Positions 10,513-18,074 of a stretch of 64,000 nucleotides of DNA are shown here, in pieces. Position numbers and translations under genes: made by a program. This DNA comes from an uncultured bacterium (lineage in GTDB: Bacteria; Krumholzibacteriota; Krumholzibacteriia; Krumholzibacteriales; Krumholzibacteriaceae), in NCBI GenBank assembly GCA_963786935.1, contig CAWBAN010000005.1, positions 96,001-160,000 on the forward strand, in the 5' to 3' direction. Below the pieces are notes generated by a model that did no database searches, was not told where the DNA came from, and saw only the letters and a program-made list of their open reading frames with translations. The number at the start of each line of letters is the position of its first letter. Within the stretch, counting starts at the first letter, position 1.

Positions 10513-10518
10513 AGTCAT

Positions 10519-11943
10519 ATGCGAAAAGTAAAACGCGAAAGAAAGACGAATTTGACGATAATACCGCAGAAAAACGCCCGGGAAGGCGTCGCTCACGTGT
10601 TGGTCGTCGATGACGACAGCAACCTGCTGATGATCGTATCCGACCGTTTGGCGAACGCCGGATACAGGGTCAGCCAGGCTTCGAGCCTTCGCGATGCGCT
10701 CGGGCTGCTGGAAAAAGAGGATGTCCACCTCGTTCTGCTGGACATCTATCTCCCCGATCAGAACGGGCTCGAGGGGCTCAAAGAGATCAAGGCCCGCAGC
10801 GCTTCCCTCCCCGTGATCATCATGACGGCGCACGGAACGATCGACGTGGCGGTCGAAGCGATGAAGCAGGGCGCGTACGAATTCGTCACGAAACCCCTCG
10901 ATCTCAAGCGGCTCGGCGTCCTCGTCGAGCGGGCCATCGAAAGCAGGGAGCTCCGCACCGAGATCGATTATCTCAGGCGCGCCACGGATGAGCCGTTCAT
11001 CGAGATCATCGGCAAACGGACCGGTCTCCGTGTCGCCATGGATCTCGCGGAGCGCGTCGCCGGCTCGGATACGACCGTTCTGCTGCGCGGAGAGACCGGA
11101 ACCGGCAAAGAGGTGCTCGCCCGGGCCATCCATCGCCTCTCGCCGCGGAAGCACCGGCCGTTCGTCGTGGCCAACTGCGCGGCGATTCCGCGCGAGCTCA
11201 TGGAGAGCGAGATGTTCGGACACACGAAGGGCGCCTTCTCCGGGGCGGTGGCGGAGCACGCGGGATTCTTCGAGACCGCCGGGAACGGCACCCTGCTGCT
11301 CGATGAAATCGGGGATCTGAACATGGATCTTCAGGCCAAGATTCTCCGCGCGCTCGAGGACGGCTCGTACCGGAAGGTGGGCTCCACGACGACTCTCTAT
11401 AACCGGGCGCGGATCATCGCCTCGACGCATCAGCCGCTCGAGAAGATGATGGAGGAAGGCCGGTTCAGGGAGGATCTTTTTTACCGTCTCAACGTGATGC
11501 CGATCAATCTGCCGCCGCTCCGAGAGCGGACGGAGGATATTCCGGAGTTCGCGATGCATTTCCTGCGGATCTACGCGCAGGGGAACGGCGCGCATGAAAC
11601 CGCCCTGACCGAAGACGCCGTCGCCGTTCTCAAGAACCATCCCTGGAGGGGAAATCTGCGGGAGCTCAGGAACTGCATGGAGCGTCTCGCCATCATGGCG
11701 CCGGGCCGCATCATCCAGGCCGATGATGTGCGGTTGCTGCTTCACCACCGCGTATCGGAAGACAGGGAGCGTCCCGTTCGGCGACTGGAGGACATGGAAC
11801 GGCAGGCGATCATAGACGCGCTCGAGCGGTTCGAGGGCAATCGGACGAAGACGGCGGAGGCTCTCGGTATAGGCCGTCGCACGCTGCAGAACAAGCTCAA
11901 GCAATTCCGGATTCCGGATAGCGAAGGCTCGCAGGAATCCTGA
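10519..11943 (+). CDS. NtrC/AtoC-family sigma-54-dependent response regulator (start uncertain, possibly 10552 or 10597)
   Basis: Receiver domain (VLVVDDD...LLDIYLPD...FVTKP), Walker A GETGTGKE, GAFSGA loop, LLLDEIG, WRGNLREL, Fis-type HTH. Confidence 0.95.
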   Translation: MRKVKRERKTNLTIIPQKNAREGVAHVLVVDDDSNLLMIVSDRLANAGYRVSQASSLRDALGLLEKEDVHLVLLDIYLPDQNGLEGLKEIKARSASLPVIIMTAHGTIDVAVEAMKQGAYEFVTKPLDLKRLGVLVERAIESRELRTEIDYLRRATDEPFIEIIGKRTGLRVAMDLAERVAGSDTTVLLRGETGTGKEVLARAIHRLSPRKHRPFVVANCAAIPRELMESEMFGHTKGAFSGAVAEHAGFFETAGNGTLLLDEIGDLNMDLQAKILRALEDGSYRKVGSTTTLYNRARIIASTHQPLEKMMEEGRFREDLFYRLNVMPINLPPLRERTEDIPEFAMHFLRIYAQGNGAHETALTEDAVAVLKNHPWRGNLRELRNCMERLAIMAPGRIIQADDVRLLLHHRVSEDRERPVRRLEDMERQAIIDALERFEGNRTKTAEALGIGRRTLQNKLKQFRIPDSEGSQES

Positions 11944-11993
11944 CCGGCCTGCTTTGAATCACGAAAACTCGAACCGCCCCACAGGCACCAACC

Positions 11994-12131
11994 GCGCATA
12001 TTCTGCGCGGTAGTGCGCCGAATCTGCGCATCTATCGGAACTATTCCGATTTACTATTTGTAATTAACTTACTTGTTTTGAATGTGTTAGAAAATTGGAT
12101 GGATGATTTTACCTATGGAATGCATTATGCG
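11994..12131 (+). promoter_or_regulatory. Second sigma-54 promoter module with tandem enhancer sites
   Basis: GCGCA-N5-TGCGC at 11994-12008 and GCGCC-N5-TGCGC at 12015-12029 (21 bp apart); AT-rich IHF-like tract about 12050-12090; TGGAATGCATTATGCG (GG-N10-GC) at 12116-12131. Confidence 0.65.
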
Positions 12132-12141
12132 ATGCTTCAAC

Positions 12142-12285
12142 TGATAAGAATGTTTGGCCGGGATTCTCACGTTGCTGCTGGATGCCGTTGCACCGGAGGG
12201 GACTACGGGGCAACCGCCACGAGAGGCCACCTGAGAAGCCGGATCGGGGAAAACGGATCCGGCTCGAAGGTGGCCTCTCTATTTG
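12142..12285 (+). ncRNA. Candidate sigma-54-dependent small RNA
   Basis: Lies downstream of the -24/-12 box with no RBS-backed ORF. Hairpins at 12187-12214 and 12221-12279 (12 bp + 9 bp stems) carry GGGGA-containing loops. Confidence 0.45.
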
Positions 12286-12304
12286 ATATCCGCGGACGGA
12301 ATTT

Positions 12305-13321
12305 CTAGTTCTTTTTCCCGCCCACGATCCGAATTGAATTGTGCGCCTCGAAGTCGTAGCCGTCGAGGGTTGTGCCCCGGAGGGTGACCGACGTGTCGCT
12401 GCAGGCGATGGCCGCTTCTCCGCCCCTGAAGTGGAGCATGAGATCGAGGTCGCCGTCGTAATCGACGTCCTCGATGTGCCGCTTCATATGCGCCTCCGCG
12501 GCGAGACCCGGGCCGAAGCGGACCGTCGTGTAGTCGACGTCCATAGCGTCGAAATCCGCGGTCGTGAGAATCGCGACCGGAATGACACCGTTTTCCACCG
12601 TGCAGTTGATCGGATTCTCGTCGCTCCCCGGCTTCACGTCGATCGTGACGTTCGGGAGCTCGACGAATCCGATTTCGGCGTTGAACTCGAGGTACATGCA
12701 GTCGGCCGTGTCGGCGCGCCCGGCGGCGGGCCCGTAGGCGCCCGTTCCCGTGTTCACGAGGTCGAACGCGAGGACGTTGACGCCGGGGACGAAGAGGCTG
12801 TCGCCCGAGATGGTGAGGTGACGCACGACGACGGGAACGGCCGGGTCGCCGTCGTTCAGGTCGACCTGCGCGATGGCGACGCCGTTGACGGAGATCTCCG
12901 CCCCGTCATCGGCGATGATGTCGAGCTCGATGACGACATCAGCGAACAGCTCCGGCAGCACGAACGTCGTCTCGAAGCGGCCGAGCGAGTCGGTTTCGCA
13001 GGGCGTCGTCAGCGGCACCGTCGCGGAGAGCGTATCGCCGACGAGGTCGCATCCGCATATCGAATCGGCGCCGCCGCCGCCGATGGGCGCCGGGCCCGGG
13101 ACCGGGCTGCACGGCGAGGTCACGAGCACGAGAGAATCGTACCCGCCGCACGCCCCGTCTCCACCGATCACATAAACGGTATCCGGACCGTATGACGCCT
13201 GGGCGCGCACGTTATCCGAAAGGTTCCCGCCTTCCGGCGACGTCGCCTTGTCGCAGCTTCCGAGGCCCGCGATGCCGATCAGCATGAGGGCCGCGGTCAG
13301 CAAATGCATTGTTGCTCTCAT
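12305..13321 (-). CDS. Lipoprotein with a beta-sandwich domain and a C-terminal IDVKPGS..N..N domain
   Basis: GAGGAGG upstream of ATG 13321; lipobox LGSC; C-terminal domain (IDVKPGSDENPIN...GVIPVAIL...DVDYDGDLDLMLHF) also present in the 37453 protein. Confidence 0.8.
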   Translation of the reverse strand: MRATMHLLTAALMLIGIAGLGSCDKATSPEGGNLSDNVRAQASYGPDTVYVIGGDGACGGYDSLVLVTSPCSPVPGPAPIGGGGADSICGCDLVGDTLSATVPLTTPCETDSLGRFETTFVLPELFADVVIELDIIADDGAEISVNGVAIAQVDLNDGDPAVPVVVRHLTISGDSLFVPGVNVLAFDLVNTGTGAYGPAAGRADTADCMYLEFNAEIGFVELPNVTIDVKPGSDENPINCTVENGVIPVAILTTADFDAMDVDYTTVRFGPGLAAEAHMKRHIEDVDYDGDLDLMLHFRGGEAAIACSDTSVTLRGTTLDGYDFEAHNSIRIVGGKKN

Positions 13322-13392
13322 CCTTACCCTCCTCGTCAATGTCCTGAAGATCACGTTACGAATTGAGTTCATAGGAGCCTGTTTAGGCTGTA

Positions 13393-13421
13393 ATGATAAC
13401 AGAATAATAATGAATTGTCAA
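13393..13421 (-). promoter_or_regulatory. Sigma-70 promoter of the lipoprotein gene, overlapped by an AT-rich Fur-box-like tract
   Basis: Minus strand TTGACA-17 bp-TATCAT; plus strand reads TAATGATAACAGAATAATAATG. Confidence 0.6.
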
Positions 13422-13472
13422 TTTTGGCATGGTCCGGCTGCCGCCTTGGAAGCGGCGAATCGCCGGGAGAAT

Positions 13473-14606
13473 CTACGCACGCGGAAAGCGCTTTCGGTGT
13501 TTCAACGAGACGCGGTTAAAGGCGCAGCAGAAGCTCGAGACCCTGTCGGGATTGTCGTTCCCGGGAACGAAGCAGATGCTCGCAGGACAGACGAAGCAGC
13601 GTGCGGCGTATCTGCAGTCCCCGCACCTGCCGTAGGCGGAGTGTTTGTGGCTCTTGCGATGGAATATCCCCGCCTGCCGCACCGCAGCGGCGAAGGTGAA
13701 GGGGCGGTGGGGGAGGTCGGGGTCGAGGATATTGCCGAGCCGCATTCCCTCGAGGCGGCATCGCAGAACCGGGGATTCGATTCTCAGGTATGATCCGGCG
13801 AACATAGTGCAGCCGTAGATCTCGCCGTCCACGTCGACGGCGATGCGCTGCAGGCGGCCGATCCCGCAGAGGGGGCGCGCTCTGCGCGTCGGCGCGGAGG
13901 CCTTCTGTCCGCCGCGGAAGATGCCGACGGGGATTTCTCCCGTCCTTCGATAGTGCGAGAGGCTCCTTTCGAGGATCCGCGCGAACTGCGCATCGAGCTC
14001 GGCGATGCGGTCGAGCTCCCAATCGGCGTCCGAGGAGATGCTGGGCGCGACTGCGACGTTTCGCGCCCCCTTCCGCAGGAAGTAGGAAACCGAGTCGGCG
14101 AGGTGCGGAAGATTCTGCGGGGTCACCGTGAGAGCGATCGTCACGTTCTCCTCGTAGAAGCCGGCGTGTTTCTTCCGCAGCCGGTCAAGAAGACGATCGA
14201 GGGCGGGGAAGGTGCCCCGCCCTCGAAGATCCTGCGCAGTCGCCACACCGTCGAAGCTCAGCTGGATTCCGAAATCGTGCGCCTCGAGAAAACGGGCGAC
14301 CTTCTCGGTGAGCAGCGTGCCGTTCGTGCTCAGGTAGTATGCGACGCTCTTCCGCGGGGAGCGCGTCTTCTCGACATATTCGACCGCGCGGCGCACGAGC
14401 GGGAATTCGAGGAGCGGCTCCCCGCCGCAGAAGGCGATGCCGAGATCGCGGCGGCCGTTCTCGAGAACGAGATCAAGCGCGGATCGAACGACGCTCCATG
14501 TGGAGCTTCGCCATCGTTTCGGACGCTGGTAGCAGTAGCCGCAGCGCATGTTGCACCGCGACGTGAGAATCAGCGAAAGCGCTTCGAGCCGCTCGAGGCC
14601 GGACAT
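13473..14606 (-). CDS. Radical SAM/SPASM-domain protein (peptide-maturase type)
   Basis: CNMRCGYC (Cx3Cx2C), FCGGEPLL, STNGTLL, SFDG; SPASM Cys pattern CGIG...DGEIYGC...CGDCRYAARCFVCPA...FCC; AGGAG RBS before ATG 14606. Confidence 0.92.
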   Translation of the reverse strand: MSGLERLEALSLILTSRCNMRCGYCYQRPKRWRSSTWSVVRSALDLVLENGRRDLGIAFCGGEPLLEFPLVRRAVEYVEKTRSPRKSVAYYLSTNGTLLTEKVARFLEAHDFGIQLSFDGVATAQDLRGRGTFPALDRLLDRLRKKHAGFYEENVTIALTVTPQNLPHLADSVSYFLRKGARNVAVAPSISSDADWELDRIAELDAQFARILERSLSHYRRTGEIPVGIFRGGQKASAPTRRARPLCGIGRLQRIAVDVDGEIYGCTMFAGSYLRIESPVLRCRLEGMRLGNILDPDLPHRPFTFAAAVRQAGIFHRKSHKHSAYGRCGDCRYAARCFVCPASICFVPGNDNPDRVSSFCCAFNRVSLKHRKRFPRA

Positions 14607-14678
14607 GTTCTCCTGCTCAGGCCGACGCACGCGCCACGGGGCGCGGCACGCGGGCCGCTATCCGACGCGATATCCGAT

Positions 14679-14993
14679 CTAGCGGTTAGGCCGCGGCCCC
14701 GGCGGGCACATCTTGTCGAACACTCTGACTGCCTTCTTCATCTGCACTTCGGTCGCGGCAATGCCCTTGTCGAATTGCTGTTTGGTTGTCTGCTTGGGCC
14801 CCCTTTTCATCCCCGGGATCGGACCGCAATCTTGGGGGAATGGTGGTGGGAATCCGGGTTCCACCTTCCCGATCTTTCCGACACCCTTGAAGAACTTCCT
14901 GAAGCGGTGGGCCGCAAGGATCATTTTCGTAAGCTCCTGCCTCGCATTTCGAATCGCCGCACGGCGCTTCCTTTCTGCCAGTGTCATCGGCAT
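14679..14993 (-). CDS. Small basic, Pro-rich protein (104 aa); candidate radical SAM substrate or partner
   Basis: Strong AAGGAGGT RBS; fills the gap between the kinase and rSAM genes on the same strand; two Cys in DCGPIPG and MCPPGP contexts. Confidence 0.7.
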   Translation of the reverse strand: MPMTLAERKRRAAIRNARQELTKMILAAHRFRKFFKGVGKIGKVEPGFPPPFPQDCGPIPGMKRGPKQTTKQQFDKGIAATEVQMKKAVRVFDKMCPPGPRPNR

Positions 14994-15017
14994 GCTTCTA
15001 CCTCCTTGCCGACAGGG

Positions 15018-17612
15018 TTAAAAGGTGCCTTTCTTCGCCTCGTGCACCCAGATGTTGCCCCGGTTGTTCTCTCGAAAGAATGCGACGAAGCGTCCATCCA
15101 ACGAAACGTCGAACGTGCCGATGCCCGCCCTCGGTCCGAAAGAGACGGGGGGATTGATCGCCGTGACGGCGCCGTTATCGGGAGAGACCCTCCGGAGGCT
15201 CACGCCGTCCTCGCCCCAACTTCCGCTCACGAGCAGCGAGCTGTCGGTGAAGTCCCAACGCACCGTTTCCGCCGCCGCGCCCGACGTGATCTTCCTTCCG
15301 GGCCTGCTGCCGTCGGCGGGAACGATCCACACCTCCCCTTCCCCGACGTACGCGATCCGCGTTCCGTCGGGAGACCAGCTGGGAGCGATCGCGAAGACCT
15401 TGTCTCGGGTGATCCGGACCGCCGGCCCCGCGGCCCGGCCCTCGGCGACCGGAATGGTCCAGACGTTGGAGACGCCGTCTCGTTGCGACGCGAACACCAA
15501 TTTCGAACCGTCCGGCGACCACGAAGGCTGATAGTCGGGCGCGGGATCGTCGGTCACCATGATGGGTCGCCCGCCCGTCGCCGGAATCGTGTAGATGTCG
15601 CGGCGCTCGCCGATGATGCGATAGTACGCGATCCATTTGCCGTCGCGGGAGAACGTCGGACACGAGGCGTGCGCCGTGTCCTCGGTGAGCCGCTGGGGCT
15701 GGCCCGCGGGCGCGCCGCCCTCGAGCGGCTGTATCCAGAGATCGGACGTCCGCCCGGCACGCTTCGACGAAAACACGACCTTGCTCGCGTCGGGAGCGAT
15801 GGTGGGCAGGCAGTCGCCCTGCATGCCGGAGAGCTTCCGATCCAGCCCCGTCTTCAGGTCTCTGATGTGCAAGGCGGCGGGTTCCTGCTCTGTCGCGTAG
15901 GCGAGGCGCGATCCGTCACGACAGACGGTCGGGTCCTGTTCGTACGAGGTTCCCTTGGTTTTCCGCTCGGCGACGCCTCCTCCGGCGCCGATGCGCCAGA
16001 GGGCGAGGGTGCCGCCGCGACTGGAAGAGAAATAGATGTGTTTCCCGTCACTGGACCATGCCGGATAGTAGTCGAGGGCCCCGTCACTCGATAGGCGTCT
16101 GGCCGGCCCGCCCGAGGCGGGGATGGTCCACAGATCCTGCCTCGCGGCGTAGCAGATCGTCTTGCCGTCGGGGGACCACGCGGGTTTGCAGCGCTCCCAC
16201 ATTCCGTCGTTCGCTCCGGTGAGAACGGTGAAATTCGCGGGATCGGCGATCGAGGAAACGGCGATTCCCTCCTGATTTTCGGGAAGGAACACGGTGAACG
16301 CGATACGCCCGCCGACGGGCGAGATCGCCGGATCGATGGCGTCCTTGACCATCAGCGTGGCGCCCCCGCCGAGCGAGGACATCTTCCATATCCCCTTCGA
16401 GCCGCCGCGCTCCGAGACGAACGCAATCGATTCTCCGTCCGGAAACCATGCCGGCGAGTAATCCGGAGCGTGATCGTTCGTGAGCCTGATCTTGCTCTCG
16501 CCGCTCACGTCCGAGATGTAGATGTCCTTGTTTCCCGATTCGTCGGATGCGTACGCGATCCTGCTTCCGTCGGGGGAGAGCGCCGGCTCCGCCTGCCAGG
16601 CGTCTCCCACCGTCACCTGATGCGCCTCGCCGGGAAGCCCCCCCGGATACGGTTCCCGGCGCACCGCGATCAACCAGACGACCGTGGCGGCTGCCACGAC
16701 GGCCGCTGCAGCCGCCGCAAAGAATATCCACCTCCTTCCCTTGTTCTTGAACTTCCATTCGCTCGTGCCGGTGAATGTGCTGAAATCGAGCTGCTGTTTC
16801 AGCGCGCTCAGGTCGGCGAGCAGCTCGCTCACGCTTTGGTAACGCTCGTCCTGTTTCTTGGCGAGCGCCTTGTTGACGATGTTCTCGAGCTCTTCCGGAA
16901 CGCCGGGGCGGATGCCGCCCATCGCGGGAGGCGTCTCGTTCATGATTGAATAGACAATGGCGACGTCGTAGTCGCCTTTGAACGGCAGTTCCCCCGTCAC
17001 CATCTCGTAGAGCACGACGCCGAGGGCCCAGATATCCGTCTTCGGACCGGTCTCCTCGCCGCGGGCCTGCTCGGGGGACATGTACGAGACCGTGCCCATC
17101 GTCTTTCCCGTGGTCGTGAGTCTCATTTGCCCCGCGAGCTTGGCCAATCCGAAATCGACGATCTTCACTTCCCCGTCATCGGTGATGAAGATGTTGCCCG
17201 GCTTGATGTCCCGGTGAACGATCCCGTGGGCATGAGCCTTGGCGAGGCCATGGGCCGCCTGCGAGGCGATGCCGAGCGCCTCGCGGAGCTCGAGCGGTCC
17301 CTCGGCGATTCGCTCTTTCAGCGTTTTTCCCTGATAGTAGGCCATCGAGATGAAGATCCGGTCGTCTTCGATCTCGTCTACCTCGAATATCGTGCAGATG
17401 CTGGAATGTTCTATCGCGGAGGCTGCGCGCGCCTCCTGCACGAAGCGCTCCTTGGCCTTCTTGTCGCGCGTCATTTCGGGAGGCAGGAACTTGAGGGCGA
17501 CGGTGCGGCCGAGCTTGGTATCCTCGGCCTTATAGACGACGCCCATGCCGCCCGCGCCGATACGTTCGATGATTCTGTAATGTGATATGATCTTGCCGAC
17601 TAGAGAATCCAT
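15018..17612 (-). CDS. Membrane Hanks-type Ser/Thr kinase with extracytoplasmic PD40/TolB-like beta-propeller repeats
   Basis: GAGGMGVVY, ALKFL, HRDIKPGN, DFG, YMSPEQ; TM helix WIFFAAAAAAVVAAATVVWLIAV; many P.WSPDG repeats. Confidence 0.93.
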   Translation of the reverse strand: MDSLVGKIISHYRIIERIGAGGMGVVYKAEDTKLGRTVALKFLPPEMTRDKKAKERFVQEARAASAIEHSSICTIFEVDEIEDDRIFISMAYYQGKTLKERIAEGPLELREALGIASQAAHGLAKAHAHGIVHRDIKPGNIFITDDGEVKIVDFGLAKLAGQMRLTTTGKTMGTVSYMSPEQARGEETGPKTDIWALGVVLYEMVTGELPFKGDYDVAIVYSIMNETPPAMGGIRPGVPEELENIVNKALAKKQDERYQSVSELLADLSALKQQLDFSTFTGTSEWKFKNKGRRWIFFAAAAAAVVAAATVVWLIAVRREPYPGGLPGEAHQVTVGDAWQAEPALSPDGSRIAYASDESGNKDIYISDVSGESKIRLTNDHAPDYSPAWFPDGESIAFVSERGGSKGIWKMSSLGGGATLMVKDAIDPAISPVGGRIAFTVFLPENQEGIAVSSIADPANFTVLTGANDGMWERCKPAWSPDGKTICYAARQDLWTIPASGGPARRLSSDGALDYYPAWSSDGKHIYFSSSRGGTLALWRIGAGGGVAERKTKGTSYEQDPTVCRDGSRLAYATEQEPAALHIRDLKTGLDRKLSGMQGDCLPTIAPDASKVVFSSKRAGRTSDLWIQPLEGGAPAGQPQRLTEDTAHASCPTFSRDGKWIAYYRIIGERRDIYTIPATGGRPIMVTDDPAPDYQPSWSPDGSKLVFASQRDGVSNVWTIPVAEGRAAGPAVRITRDKVFAIAPSWSPDGTRIAYVGEGEVWIVPADGSRPGRKITSGAAAETVRWDFTDSSLLVSGSWGEDGVSLRRVSPDNGAVTAINPPVSFGPRAGIGTFDVSLDGRFVAFFRENNRGNIWVHEAKKGTF

Positions 17613-17687
17613 AGACGGGAGCCTCTGATAGCGCTCTTCTGAAATCCCCCGACAAATCAACCGCTTATCGCGCACAGTAACAAATCG

Positions 17688-17703
17688 TTGACATAGATGT
17701 CAA
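17688..17703. promoter_or_regulatory. Perfect palindrome TTGACAT-AG-ATGTCAA, putative operator overlapping a minus-strand -35
   Basis: 7-bp inverted repeat; minus strand TTGACA-18 bp-TACTGT upstream of the PD40 kinase. Confidence 0.55.
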
Positions 17704-17763
17704 AGAGAAAGGCCGAAGCCGGCGCTTTCAGTTATCGAGCCGGTTCGCCGCGCGATCGCTCAT

Positions 17764-18027
17764 CTAGGGCTCCGTCGGAATGGGCTCCGTCGGGAAATCC
17801 TCCATCCATACCTTGTTGGCCGAAAGATCCACTCCATCGATGAAGAGCTCGTACCTCGATGGATCGAGAAATTCCATGGTCTCCTTATCTCTGACACACA
17901 TATAGACCGACTTCCTTTGTTCTTTCATGAAAATCTCCATGACGAACGCAAGCCACGGAGCCGGCACAGCCCAGGCCATCATGCCCTGCGATATGGTTTT
18001 CCTAGGGTAGAAATTCAAAGCGTCCAT
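17764..18027 (-). CDS. Small hypothetical protein (87 aa, MDALNFYPRK...PTEPIPTEP)
   Basis: GGAGGT RBS before ATG 18027; fills the gap between the two kinase genes; appears in the ORF track only as the tail of 17764-18930. Confidence 0.7.
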   Translation of the reverse strand: MDALNFYPRKTISQGMMAWAVPAPWLAFVMEIFMKEQRKSVYMCVRDKETMEFLDPSRYELFIDGVDLSANKVWMEDFPTEPIPTEP

Positions 18028-18074
18028 GTTCGAACCTCCTGCGAATGGGATCGATGAACGTTCTGATCCGAGAC

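Noticed and set aside
12078..12308. 76-aa plus-strand ORF downstream of the response regulator
   Set aside because: It starts upstream of the predicted sigma-54 TSS, has no RBS and runs through strong hairpins; a non-coding interpretation is preferred.
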